The notes under the pieces are model-generated. The model saw only the letters and a program-made list of their open reading frames with translations. It was not told the DNA's origin and did no database searches. This document shows, piece after piece, positions 9,414 to 18,920 of a stretch of 64,000 bases of DNA. Position numbers and translations under genes: made by a program. Each line of letters opens with the position of its first letter. The stretch's first letter is position 1. The DNA is from an uncultured Acidimicrobiaceae bacterium (lineage in GTDB: Bacteria; Actinomycetota; Acidimicrobiia; Acidimicrobiales; RAAP-2). The stretch covers positions 478,948-542,947 of the forward strand of contig CAWAFL010000013.1 of assembly GCA_963781305.1 (NCBI GenBank), read 5' to 3'.

Positions 9414-10232
9414 GTGAGCACTGTTTCTGCCGATGGCGTCGATCTGTACTACGAGAGATCCGGCGTCGGTCCCCGGCTGCTCTTCCTCAACGGATCGGGC
9501 ACGACCATCGAAACGTCGAGGGCGATGTTCTCGGTGTTTGACCCATCGTTCGACTTCCTCACCTTGGACGCGCGGGGCTTGGGCCTGAGCGGTCCCGTTA
9601 CCCGCCCGTACGCCATGGCCGATTGCGCCGCCGATGCGCTGGCGGTGATGGATGCCGAGGGTTGGGACAGCGCCTGCGTGCTGGGCGTCAGCTTCGGGGG
9701 CATGGTGGCCCAGGAACTGGCGGTGACCGCACCCGACCGCGTTGAGCGCTTGGCCCTGCTGTGCACTTCTCCGGGGGGACCGGACCGGTCCTCCTACCCA
9801 TTGCACGAAGTGGAGGCGCTCCCGGCGGAGAAACGCTCCCAGCTACGACGCCGATTGATCGACACTCGATTCGACGACGCCTGGCTGGCCGCACATCCCG
9901 GTGACGCGGCACTGGCGGCGATGATCGACAGCCGGGAACCGCAGTCGGATCCCCAACGCAGGCGGGGCGAGCTCGAGCAGCTCGATGCCCGTCGCACCCA
10001 TGATGTCTGGGACAGGCTCCCGGCCATCACCTGCCCCACCTTTATCGGATGCGGACGCTATGACGGGATCGCCCCGCCTGGCAACAGCAAGGCAATGGCA
10101 TCAGCCATCGTGGGTGCAGAATTGCACGAGTACGAGGGGGGCCACGCCTTCTTTGCCCAGGATCCTCGAAGCGTGCCCGAAGTGATCGAGTTCTTGTCGC
10201 GCGTCGACGTATCGCAGCCCCCGGCGTCGTAG
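9414..10232 (+). CDS. alpha/beta hydrolase
   Basis: Nucleophile elbow GVSFGG and an N-terminal LLFLNGSG. GGAGGAA at 9404-9410 favours a GTG start at 9411 or 9414 over the track's TTG at 9402. Confidence 0.85.
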   Translation: MSTVSADGVDLYYERSGVGPRLLFLNGSGTTIETSRAMFSVFDPSFDFLTLDARGLGLSGPVTRPYAMADCAADALAVMDAEGWDSACVLGVSFGGMVAQELAVTAPDRVERLALLCTSPGGPDRSSYPLHEVEALPAEKRSQLRRRLIDTRFDDAWLAAHPGDAALAAMIDSREPQSDPQRRRGELEQLDARRTHDVWDRLPAITCPTFIGCGRYDGIAPPGNSKAMASAIVGAELHEYEGGHAFFAQDPRSVPEVIEFLSRVDVSQPPAS

Positions 10233-10267
10233 GCGCGCACACTCCAGGCGCGACCAGGCCAGGCCGA

Positions 10268-11293
10268 TCAGGGCAGCATCATCACTTTGATGCAGTCGGC
10301 CGTCCGGGCGGCGACGGCCGCGTATGCCTGGGGAGCCTCGGTAAGCGGGAAACGATGCGTGAAGATGCCGTCCGTCCGTATCCGGCCGTTCGCCACCAAC
10401 GGGACCAGCTCCTTCCACGTCTGGTGAACCGGAGCGGTGGTCATCCGGAGGGTGAGGCTCCGGAACAAGCCCCCCAGGATGGGCAACGGATACGGATCGA
10501 GGTTGTGCACGCCGATGACCGACACCGTGCCGCCGGCTCGGACGCAGGTCAGGGCATCGGTGAGGGTGGTGTCGAGGGCGACGGCGTCGATGACCGCGTC
10601 CGCTCCCCGTCCGCCAGTGGCCTCCAGGACCGCCTCGGTGGTCGACCCCTCGATGGGGATGGCGCCGGAATCGGCGGCCAACGCACGGCGGCCGGCCACG
10701 GGATCGGCCGCCAGCACCCGGCCGGCACCCAGGGCAAAGGCGCCGCGCACCGCGCAGAGCCCGACCGCACCGAGGCCCAGCACGACGACGGTCCCCCCGG
10801 CGGGGATGTCGGCCCGCTTGGCTCCGATCCACCCGGTGTTGAGGTTGTCGGTCAGTAGCAGCGCCGCCTCGTCGTCCAACCCCTCGGGGATTCGCAGCAG
10901 CTGAAAGTCGGCCGACGGTACGGCGACGGCTGACGCCTGTCCTCCAGGCAGGCCTCCCGACCCGAACACCTTCGCCCCCTCGACGCACGTGATCGGGTCA
11001 CCGGTCGCACATCCATCGCAGTTCCCGCACCCGGCCACCGAGGCCGTGAGCACCCGGTCACCGACCCGGAACCGGCGCACGTCGGGTCCCACCTCGACCA
11101 CAGTGCCCAGAAACTCGTGTCCCACCGAGAAGCCTCCACCGACGGGGATGTCACCGTCGTAGAAGTGCAGATCTGATCCGCAGATGGCGGTGGCCTCCAC
11201 TGCCACCACGGCGCCGTCGGCACCAGGGGGCACGGCATCGGGAGTGTCGACCAGCCTGACCTGGCCCGGACCATCGATGACGACCTGGCGCAC
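10268..11293 (-). CDS. zinc-dependent alcohol dehydrogenase (MDR family)
   Basis: Motifs CGSDLH, GHEFLG, CGNCDGC and GLGAVG. The GTG start at 11293 is preceded by GGGGG. The remainder of the 990-aa track ORF is antisense to the monooxygenase gene. Confidence 0.9.
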   Translation of the reverse strand: MRQVVIDGPGQVRLVDTPDAVPPGADGAVVAVEATAICGSDLHFYDGDIPVGGGFSVGHEFLGTVVEVGPDVRRFRVGDRVLTASVAGCGNCDGCATGDPITCVEGAKVFGSGGLPGGQASAVAVPSADFQLLRIPEGLDDEAALLLTDNLNTGWIGAKRADIPAGGTVVVLGLGAVGLCAVRGAFALGAGRVLAADPVAGRRALAADSGAIPIEGSTTEAVLEATGGRGADAVIDAVALDTTLTDALTCVRAGGTVSVIGVHNLDPYPLPILGGLFRSLTLRMTTAPVHQTWKELVPLVANGRIRTDGIFTHRFPLTEAPQAYAAVAARTADCIKVMMLP

Positions 11294-11313
11294 GGAACCC
11301 CCTACAGCTCGGT

Positions 11314-11348
11314 AGACACAATCTCGATGTTGTGTACTGTGACACATC
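11314..11348. promoter_or_regulatory. candidate operator in the divergent ADH/BVMO promoter region
   Basis: AT-richer segment with ACACAA (11316-11321) / TTGTGT (11330-11335) and TGTGT (11331-11335) / ACACA (11342-11346) inverted repeats. Confidence 0.3.
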
Positions 11349-11389
11349 AAGCGGGGGGACCGCCTCCGCGTCGAGAAAGGGCCCACGAC

Positions 11390-13318
11390 ATGCGGAACCC
11401 GCACGCAGGCGAGCCGTTCGACGCATCCGACCAGGACATCGCCGCCGCCCTGTCGGACGTCAGCATCCCGACGCTGATGCTCTCGCTCGTCCACATGACC
11501 GGGGATCCCGAGCTCATCCGGGGACGGCTCAAGCCGGCCGGGCTTTTTCTCAACGAGGTCCAGGGCTTCATGTCCGACGACGACAAGGCAGAGGTCAGGG
11601 CCCTGGCCCTCGAAGTGATCCGGGACTACCGGGATCGGGGTTGTCCCGAGCCCGAGCCCATCTCGGCCGAACTGTTGCACGAGATGATGGCATGGCTGGT
11701 CTGTGAGGATGTGCCGGCCGAATACGTCCCCATGCTCATGGAGGAGATGGAGCTCGACGGAGCTGACGCCCGGAAGGTGGGCGCCCCCGCTGATGCAACC
11801 GCCCGGGAGGCCTTCCCCGTCGTGGTCATCGGGTGTGGCCAGTCCGGTCTCTTGGCCGGGATCCGGCTGAAAGAGGCCGGGATCCCGTTCACCATCGTCG
11901 AGAAGAACGCCGGCGTGGGCGGCACCTGGTGGGAGAACTCGTACCCCGGGGCCCGCGTCGACGTGGGCAATCATTTCTACTGCTACAGCTTCGAGCCGAG
12001 CTACACGTGGACGGAGTTCTTCGCCCAGCAGCCAGAGCTTCAGTCGTACTTCGAATCGGTCATGACCAAGCACGGCATCGAACCCCACGTTCGCTGGGAG
12101 ACCGAAGTGCTGGGTGCCGAGTGGGATGAGAGTGCGGGCACGTGGTCGGTCCGGGTCCGAGAGTCGGGTGGCGCCGAGACGACACTGGTCGCCCGAGCGA
12201 TCATCTCCGCGGTGGGGCAGCTGAACCGCCCGCACACCCCGGAGATCCCCGGACAGGAGACCTTCGCCGGCCCCGCGTTCCATTCGGCGCGATGGGACCA
12301 CTCGGTCGACATGGCCGGAAAGCGGGTGGCCATGATCGGGGCGGGAGCCAGCGGCTTTCAGATCGCCCCGACTATCGCGGCCGACGTCGGGCACCTGACC
12401 GTCTTCCAGCGGACGGCCCAATGGATGTTCCCTAACCCGAACTACCACGAGACGGTGGGAACCGGCGTGCGCTGGGCGCTGCGGCACCTGCCGTTCTACG
12501 GGCGCTGGTACCGCTTCTTGCTGTTCTGGCCGGGATGCGACAAGGGGCTGGCTGCGGCCCGGGTCGACCCTGACTATCCCGACCAGCAGCGGGCCGTCAG
12601 TGCGTCGAACGAAATCGCCCGCCAGAGGTTCACCGACTGGATCACCAGCCAGGTCGGCGACGACCCCGACCTCATTGCCAAGGTGGTCCCCGACTACCCG
12701 GCCACCGGAAAACGCACGCTGCAGGACAACGGTAGCTGGCTGAGAACATTGACCCGTGACGACGTCGAGCTGGTTCGCACCGGCATCGACCACATCGAGG
12801 CCGACGCCGTCGTCACCGTCGATGGTGAGAGGCATCCCGCCGACGTCATCGTCTACGCCACCGGCTTCCATGCCAATCGGGTGCTGTGGCCGATGGAGAT
12901 CACCGGACGCGACGGGGCTGACCTCCGCTCTCTCTGGGGCGAGCGCCCGGCGGCGTATCTGGGCATCACCGTCCCTGGGTTCCCCAACCTGTTCTGCATG
13001 TACGGCCCGGGGACGAACCTGGCCCACGGCGGTAGCCTCATCTTCCACTCCGAATGCCAGATGCGGTACATCACCCAGTGTTTGGAAGAGCTCATCGACG
13101 GTGGCCATCGTTCGATGGAGCCCCGCCAGGAGAAGTACACCGACTGGCACGAACGATCGCAGCGGGAGATCAAGACGTTGGTGTGGTCGCAGCCCTCGGT
13201 CAAGCATTCGTTCTTCAAGAACGCCTACGGCGAGATCCACGTGCTGAGCCCCTGGCGCCTAGTCGACTACTGGCGTTGGACCAAGGAGCCGGACCTCGAA
13301 GACTTCGTCATGCGGTGA
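11390..13318 (+). CDS. Baeyer-Villiger-type flavin monooxygenase (HAPMO-like, with N-terminal extension)
   Basis: FAD fold GCGQSG, BVMO fingerprint FAGPAFHSARWDH and a second dinucleotide fold GAGASG. ATG at 11390 follows GAGAAAGGG; ATG at 11327 is also possible. Confidence 0.9.
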   Translation: MRNPHAGEPFDASDQDIAAALSDVSIPTLMLSLVHMTGDPELIRGRLKPAGLFLNEVQGFMSDDDKAEVRALALEVIRDYRDRGCPEPEPISAELLHEMMAWLVCEDVPAEYVPMLMEEMELDGADARKVGAPADATAREAFPVVVIGCGQSGLLAGIRLKEAGIPFTIVEKNAGVGGTWWENSYPGARVDVGNHFYCYSFEPSYTWTEFFAQQPELQSYFESVMTKHGIEPHVRWETEVLGAEWDESAGTWSVRVRESGGAETTLVARAIISAVGQLNRPHTPEIPGQETFAGPAFHSARWDHSVDMAGKRVAMIGAGASGFQIAPTIAADVGHLTVFQRTAQWMFPNPNYHETVGTGVRWALRHLPFYGRWYRFLLFWPGCDKGLAAARVDPDYPDQQRAVSASNEIARQRFTDWITSQVGDDPDLIAKVVPDYPATGKRTLQDNGSWLRTLTRDDVELVRTGIDHIEADAVVTVDGERHPADVIVYATGFHANRVLWPMEITGRDGADLRSLWGERPAAYLGITVPGFPNLFCMYGPGTNLAHGGSLIFHSECQMRYITQCLEELIDGGHRSMEPRQEKYTDWHERSQREIKTLVWSQPSVKHSFFKNAYGEIHVLSPWRLVDYWRWTKEPDLEDFVMR

Positions 13319-13905
13319 ACGCGTCAACTGTCGCCCCACCCGTCGGGACCCAGGATCGCCTGCTCGCCGCCACTGAGCGGTGCCTCCGTTCCTCCGGCAT
13401 CCGCCGGACCACGGTGATCGCCATTGCCCATGAAGCCGGCGTCTCCCGGGCTTGGCTCTATCGCCTCTTTCCCAACAAGGCATCGCTGGTCGTCGCCACG
13501 CTGGCTCGCACCGACGAGACCTTCTGGGCCAATGCCCATGCTCGGGTGACGGCGGTCGAAGGCATCGCAGCACAGGTGGCCGAGGCGGTGCTGCTGTCCC
13601 GGGAGCACGAGCCACCAGCTCTCCTCCTCCAGTTGAAGGCCGAAGAACCCGAGGCCTTCGCCGAGATCGTCGGGACCGGGTTGCGGGAGATGATGCCGGG
13701 CTTTGCCGGCTTCTGGCACCCCTATCTGGAAGCCGCCCGCGCTCGAGGCGAGGTGCGCGGTGACTTGAACATCGCTCGAGCCGGCGAATGGGTCATGCGG
13801 ATGGTGCTGTCGCTCGTGACCGTTCCCGGGGAGGCGGTGGATGCCGACGATCCGGCGAGCGTCCGTGCTTTTGTCGACGAATTCCTGATGGCCGGCTTGC
13901 GTTAA
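13315..13905 (+). CDS. TetR/AcrR family transcriptional regulator
   Basis: GTGA overlap with the BVMO stop at 13315-13318. HTH region TTVIAIAHEAGVSRAWLYRLFPNK. Confidence 0.85.
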   Translation: MNASTVAPPVGTQDRLLAATERCLRSSGIRRTTVIAIAHEAGVSRAWLYRLFPNKASLVVATLARTDETFWANAHARVTAVEGIAAQVAEAVLLSREHEPPALLLQLKAEEPEAFAEIVGTGLREMMPGFAGFWHPYLEAARARGEVRGDLNIARAGEWVMRMVLSLVTVPGEAVDADDPASVRAFVDEFLMAGLR

Positions 13906-14018
13906 TGCGGCGAGCCGGGGTCTCGGAGTGGGCGCCCCTGGTCACCGTCCGTCCGAACCTGAGGAATCCTTGAGGGAGGCAACGTGGCCGGGCGCCCATC
14001 CCGCGTCAAGATTCCCGG

Positions 14019-14822
14019 ATGGCTGCGAGCACACGCCCATCGGCACTGACGGCTCGCGGGGCCCTCAGAGTTCCCGAGATCACGGCCTACTTCTGGATCG
14101 TGAAAGCCCTCTCGACGGCCATGGGCGAGTCCACCTCGGACTATCTGGTCCACGCGCTGAACTCCGTCCCCGCCGTCGCACTGGGGTTCGTGGGGTTCGT
14201 GGGCGCACTGGTGCTGCAGTTCTCGATGCGCCGGTACATGGCCTGGACCTACTGGTTCGCCGTCGTCATGGTCGGAGTCTTCGGCACGATGGCCGCCGAC
14301 GTGCTCCACGTCGGATTCCACGTCCCCTACATCGCCTCGGCCCCACTGTTCGCCGTCGTGCTCCTCGGCGTGTTCGTGGCGTGGCAGAGAACGGAGAACA
14401 CGCTCTCCATCCACAGCATCGATACGCCTCGCCGAGAGGCGTTCTACTGGGCCGCGGTCGTCGCCACCTTTGCGCTCGGAACTGCGGTTGGAGACCTGAC
14501 GGCGACCACCTTCCATCTGGGCTACGGGTACTCGATCGTGCTCTTCGCCGGCCTGATCGCCGTCCCCGCCGTCGGCTACCGGCGTTTCAACTGGAACCCC
14601 ATCTTCGCCTTCTGGTTCGCCTATGTCGTGACCCGGCCGCTCGGTGCTTCCTTCGCCGACTGGATGGGCAAGCCCACCAACGTGGGCGGCCTGGGATGGG
14701 GCAGCGGTTGGGTCGCCCTGGTTCTGACCGGTTTGATCATCTGTTTTGTCGCCTTCCTCGCCGTCACTCGCAGGGATGTACAACAAGATGGGCACCGGGC
14801 CCATACCCGCCCGGCGGGATAG
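14019..14822 (+). CDS. integral membrane protein (COG4705-like, about 8 TM segments)
   Basis: Strongly hydrophobic 267-aa ORF with an internally duplicated architecture (ITAYFWIVKALSTAMGE...; AFYWAAVVATFALGTAVGD...). Confidence 0.7.
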   Translation: MAASTRPSALTARGALRVPEITAYFWIVKALSTAMGESTSDYLVHALNSVPAVALGFVGFVGALVLQFSMRRYMAWTYWFAVVMVGVFGTMAADVLHVGFHVPYIASAPLFAVVLLGVFVAWQRTENTLSIHSIDTPRREAFYWAAVVATFALGTAVGDLTATTFHLGYGYSIVLFAGLIAVPAVGYRRFNWNPIFAFWFAYVVTRPLGASFADWMGKPTNVGGLGWGSGWVALVLTGLIICFVAFLAVTRRDVQQDGHRAHTRPAG

Positions 14823-14858
14823 GCGGCGGCCCCGGACCGACCGGTTACCATCTGGTCC

Positions 14859-15701
14859 ATGGCACTCATTGAACCCGGTCACCTCCATCGTCTGGCCTTG
14901 GCCGTCGACGACGCCGCCCCCGCCCATGATTGGTTCCAACGGGTCCTTGGTGCCGGCGCCCTGAACAGCGACGGGCACTCGGACGATATCCGTGCGGGCG
15001 GCGAGGCTGATCTCGAGGGCACCGATGTTCGATTGTTCCGTATCGGTGGCTATCCGATCATCCTCCTCGCGAAGGGCGTTCCCGGAGGTCCCGTCGCCAA
15101 GTTCATCGAGCGATACGGACCCGGAGTGCACTCGCTGGCCTGGGAGGTCGACGACATGTGGTCGGCTCAGAACCTGCTCATGGAACGCGGTATCCGTATT
15201 GGCGCCGTGAACATCCCCGGTCGACACTTCTTCATGCACCCTCGGGACACGCACGGAGTGCTGATGGAGTGGACGGACGACACATTCGGCGGCAACCAGC
15301 GCCGAGAGGACGAAGGAGGCGGTCGCGTCGACATCGAAGGACTGGCATGGGTGACGGCTGCGGTGGACGACGCTGAATCGACCGCCGCGTTTCTCACCGA
15401 TCTGGCTGGGGCCAGCCTGGTGAACGGTAACGCCCAGGGCCCCGAGGATCGGGAACAGACGATCGACCTCGATGTTGGTGACGTGACGTTGCGGCTGGTC
15501 ACGCCGCTGTCATCGGAGAGTCCCTACGCAACCGACGGGAACTCTGCGCGCCTGTGCTCTTTCGCGCTCCGGGTGGCGGACTTGAGTACCGCTCTGGTCA
15601 GCCTGGAGGATGCGGGGGTGCCCGTTGTCAGACGGGAGACCGGGTTTGCCGCCACCGACCCTGCTGCCACGTTCGGTCTTCCCATCGAGTGGACGACCTG
15701 A
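14859..15701 (+). CDS. VOC family protein (two-domain glyoxalase/dioxygenase fold)
   Basis: Two repeats of the glyoxalase-like module (HLHRLALAVDD..., LAWVTAAVDD...). Confidence 0.75.
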   Translation: MALIEPGHLHRLALAVDDAAPAHDWFQRVLGAGALNSDGHSDDIRAGGEADLEGTDVRLFRIGGYPIILLAKGVPGGPVAKFIERYGPGVHSLAWEVDDMWSAQNLLMERGIRIGAVNIPGRHFFMHPRDTHGVLMEWTDDTFGGNQRREDEGGGRVDIEGLAWVTAAVDDAESTAAFLTDLAGASLVNGNAQGPEDREQTIDLDVGDVTLRLVTPLSSESPYATDGNSARLCSFALRVADLSTALVSLEDAGVPVVRRETGFAATDPAATFGLPIEWTT

Positions 15702-15856
15702 AGGCTGACGCGTAGCCTCGACCTCGGTCCCTGCTGTGACCGGCCACGCACCCGAAATGAGTGGGTGTAGGCCTGAAGGTCGTCGCCCCGTGCATTGCTG
15801 ATACCTTCTTCACCACGCGACGGGTTGTCGCCGAGCCACGTGGGAGAGGGGAAACG

Positions 15857-16897
15857 ATGTCATCATCCAGACCCTCCCGCGCCGTTCGGTACGTCAGCAA
15901 GGGTGTCGCCGCGGTGGTATTTCTGGCTGCCCTTTCGTTGACAGGGGGCGCCCAGGCCGGTGCGACAGCGACGATCGCAGCCCAGCCGGCATCACGGACC
16001 CTCGCTACGGTCCCTTCGACTGGTGGCGCGACATCGCGTTCTGTGGACGACGCCGGCGCCACCAGCGCCGGCAGCCCCATTCGCGGGATCCTCGACTACC
16101 TCCACACCCGACAGGGAGTCGTGCAGGTGGCGCTGTTCGACAAGCTCACCGGGAAGACCTTTCTGGTCACCGAAGGGACGCGGCCGCAGTACACCGCCAG
16201 CATCGTGAAGGCGGACATTCTGTCCATGTGGCTCAAGCAGTATCAGTCGACGCCTGGTTCCATTCCCTCCAACATTCCGTATTCGATCCAGTACCTCATG
16301 CAGAACATGATCACCATGAGCGACAACGTGGCGGCGACGTCGCTGTTCTATTTCGGCGGAGGGTGCGCCAAGCTGACCGAGTTCAACACGTTGATCCCGA
16401 CCAGCGAGACCAAGGTCGGCTGCGAGACGCCGACGTATTACGGCTGGGGCAACACGACGACCACGGCCGCCGACCAGATGGCAATCGTCAAAACGCTGGC
16501 CTATGACAACAACGTCCTGACTCCGAGCGCCAGGGCCTACGGACTCCACTTGATGGAGGGCGTGACGCCCACCCAACGATGGGGTGTCACGTGCGGTCCC
16601 TGGGGCACGGTCTGCAACGGTCCGGACTACGCCGATCCGGTGCCGGGTGTCACCGTGGCCCTCAAGAACGGCTGGAAGTACGACCCCGCCTGCGTCAAGC
16701 AAGACGAATCATGTCCCTGGCAGGTCAACGGGATGGGATGGGTGGAGGGCAAGGACCGCAATTACGTGCTGGCTGTGCTCACCACCGACGATCCCGCCGG
16801 GAAGAAGGGCACCGACGGGTTCGACTACGGGATAGCCACTGTCCAAGGGGTGTCACAACGCATATGGGACAACCTGGCGCCCGCCGCGGCACCCTGA
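15857..16897 (+). CDS. secreted serine hydrolase (class A beta-lactamase-like fold)
   Basis: ATG at 15857 follows GGGAGAGGGGAA. Signal/anchor segment VAAVVFLAALSLTGGAQAGA. S-x-x-K motif ASIVK. Confidence 0.8.
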   Translation: MSSSRPSRAVRYVSKGVAAVVFLAALSLTGGAQAGATATIAAQPASRTLATVPSTGGATSRSVDDAGATSAGSPIRGILDYLHTRQGVVQVALFDKLTGKTFLVTEGTRPQYTASIVKADILSMWLKQYQSTPGSIPSNIPYSIQYLMQNMITMSDNVAATSLFYFGGGCAKLTEFNTLIPTSETKVGCETPTYYGWGNTTTTAADQMAIVKTLAYDNNVLTPSARAYGLHLMEGVTPTQRWGVTCGPWGTVCNGPDYADPVPGVTVALKNGWKYDPACVKQDESCPWQVNGMGWVEGKDRNYVLAVLTTDDPAGKKGTDGFDYGIATVQGVSQRIWDNLAPAAAP

Positions 16898-16926
16898 GTC
16901 GACTGCGCCGGTTCTCGTATGAAGCA

Positions 16927-17091
16927 ATGACCGACTGGACCGAGCCGGACGAGGATCGTGCTCCCATTTGCCCCCACTGCGGTGTCACCATGCTTCCCGC
17001 AGATCCGTCGAATGTGATCGATACGCGGTTCGTATGCGAGAACCCGGACTGCGACGCCTTCGGGGAGATCGATGGCATGGACGGAGCCTGA
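16927..17091 (+). CDS. small 4-Cys zinc-ribbon protein (hypothetical, 54 aa)
   Basis: CPHC...CENPDC spacing and GC-rich third codon positions. No clear Shine-Dalgarno sequence. Confidence 0.45.
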   Translation: MTDWTEPDEDRAPICPHCGVTMLPADPSNVIDTRFVCENPDCDAFGEIDGMDGA

Positions 17092-17112
17092 GGTCCTTGA
17101 CCAGAGCCCGTT

Positions 17113-18072
17113 CTAGATAGTGGGGAGCACGCGCCGAGCGGCGAGTTGAGCCGTCGTGGGCCAACGAGCCTTCGACGCCCATCCCATGCGTTCGAACACC
17201 CGCAGCAGGCGAGCCGACGAGTCGAGCTGGCCGACGTCGCAGCCGTGGCGAGCCAGGGCGGGGAAGGCATGGTGCGTGTTGTGCCACGAGTCACCGAAGC
17301 TCAGCACGGCGAGCCACGCGATGTTGCCGCTGTGATCGGTGGTCTGGTACGGGTGCTTGCCGAACATGTGGGCCAGCGAGTTGACGCTCCAGGTCACGTG
17401 GTGCAGGAGGGCGATGCGAACGCCCCCTGCCCACAGCAAGGCCAGAAGTGCTCCGGCAAGGCTCTGGGTCACGGCCCATCCCAATCCGAAGGGCACGATC
17501 AACGTCATTGCCATCCACAGCGGTGTGAGCTTCGAGACGATGACCATGTCCCGATCGGCCAGGAGGTCACGACTCCATTTCTCCGGGTTCGACTGCGCCC
17601 CGGAGAAGAGCCATCCGACGTGAGCGTGGCCCAATCCCCGGAGCTGGGACAAGAAGCCCGGGCCGAAGCCGGTGGGCGAATGGGGGTCTCCCGGCTGGTC
17701 GGCGAAGACATGGTGCCGGCGGTGATGCGACACCCAGCTGATCACCGAGCCCTCCATGGCCATCGAGCCACAGACGGCGAGGGTGATCCGCAGCCACCGG
17801 TGCGCTTTGAAGCTCCTATGGGTCAACAGGCGATGGAAGCCGAGGGCGATGCCATGTCCGGTGATGGCGTACAGGACCACAGCCAGGACGAGATCGAACC
17901 AACCGATGCCGTGATGCCAGAAATGTTGCGCTGCCCAGGCAACGGCGGCAACCGGGATGACCACGACAGCAGCGGTAAACAGCCGACCGGACCAGCCTGG
18001 GGCGACGGTCGGATCGGGGGCGGGGACGGGAGCGGAAGGCCTTTCCGCGGTGAGCACGGAGGTCGCCGTCAT
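17113..18072 (-). CDS. membrane acyl-CoA/fatty acid desaturase (DesA3-like, Delta9-type)
   Basis: Three His boxes (HRLLTH, HHRRHH, HNTHHAF) and N-terminal TM helices. Start is ATG at 18072 or TTG at 18081. Confidence 0.9.
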   Translation of the reverse strand: MTATSVLTAERPSAPVPAPDPTVAPGWSGRLFTAAVVVIPVAAVAWAAQHFWHHGIGWFDLVLAVVLYAITGHGIALGFHRLLTHRSFKAHRWLRITLAVCGSMAMEGSVISWVSHHRRHHVFADQPGDPHSPTGFGPGFLSQLRGLGHAHVGWLFSGAQSNPEKWSRDLLADRDMVIVSKLTPLWMAMTLIVPFGLGWAVTQSLAGALLALLWAGGVRIALLHHVTWSVNSLAHMFGKHPYQTTDHSGNIAWLAVLSFGDSWHNTHHAFPALARHGCDVGQLDSSARLLRVFERMGWASKARWPTTAQLAARRVLPTI

Positions 18073-18234
18073 GGGTAGCAAGGCGCCACGACAGGCGCGC
18101 CAAGAGAGGGATGAGAGAAGCCAGGCATTTTCGAGCTCCAGTCGAGGTGGAATAAGCCAACTCGGGTCCGGACTCGAACGGGCCGCGCCAACAGTGCGCT
18201 AGCGGTAAGGCCACCGTAACACGATGAGCCTCGG

Positions 18235-18271
18235 TTTTATAGGCGGCAGGTCCCTTATTTAGACTTATTTA
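18235..18271 (-). promoter_or_regulatory. AT-rich promoter-like element upstream of the desaturase
   Basis: On the minus strand, TAAATAAG occurs twice with a 10-bp period (18254-18261 and 18264-18271). It is followed 12 nt later by TATAAAA (18235-18241). Confidence 0.25.
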
Positions 18272-18298
18272 CTGGCGCCCGTTCAAGGGGCACGCCGC

Positions 18299-18568
18299 TC
18301 AGTCGGGAACGATGCGGATGTGCGATGACTGGCTCGATGGAGTTCGGTGGATCACCATCTCGTCAGCCAGCCGATTGGGCGCAGAGGCGATACGCGGCAT
18401 GCCAAGAGGGGTGGTCGACCGGCTCGATGCCAGGTAGGCGCGGACTCGACCAGCCAGGTCAGTGATGTGGGCTGCATCACCGGGATCGTCGCAGGCATCG
18501 GCAGCCAACTCGAGCACACCGGCGGCCTCGACCAGAAGCTCCATACCCGTAGTTCGGTCCTCTGTCAT
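18299..18568 (-). CDS. hypothetical protein (orphan; start uncertain)
   Basis: This is the only reasonably protein-like frame in the 18.1-18.9 kb gap (MTEDRTTGMELLVEAAGVLELAADACDD...). Third-position GC is lower than in neighbours and there is no Shine-Dalgarno sequence. Confidence 0.25.
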   Translation of the reverse strand: MTEDRTTGMELLVEAAGVLELAADACDDPGDAAHITDLAGRVRAYLASSRSTTPLGMPRIASAPNRLADEMVIHRTPSSQSSHIRIVPD

Positions 18569-18920
18569 GGGGTGCCGAAGAACTTCGTGCGGCAGTCCGG
18601 ACACACCCACCATTTGGCCTCGAGGGTTGGATCGGTCGACGAATTGATGGAGAAGAATTCCCGGCACCGCCCGCACTGTCGAGGAGGCGACCCCTCGGAT
18701 CCGGTCGGCAGCGCCGAAGACTGAGTGGTTGTTTCGTTCCCCATGATGGGATCTTCGATCCTGTCTCCGGAAGCGGGGACGCTCGGGCTCTCGGTGAGCC
18801 ACCCCGACCGTACACCGCGATGGCCGGTCGACCGGACCGAAAGGCTATCGACTGCATCGGCGCAGTGGTCGACTCATGGGTACGGGCTGGCTCCAGGCCG
18901 TCGTGTGCCTGACGCCCTCG

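Noticed and set aside
10268-13240. A 990-aa minus-strand ORF, the longest in the track.
   Set aside because: Only its last 342 codons (10268-11293) are alcohol-dehydrogenase-like. The rest is Arg/Gly/Pro-rich antisense sequence to the clearly real BVMO gene, a typical high-GC shadow ORF.
13902-15254. A 450-aa minus-strand ORF.
   Set aside because: It is antisense to a well-formed membrane protein gene and a VOC gene. Its composition (R/G/D/P-rich, no motifs) is shadow-like.
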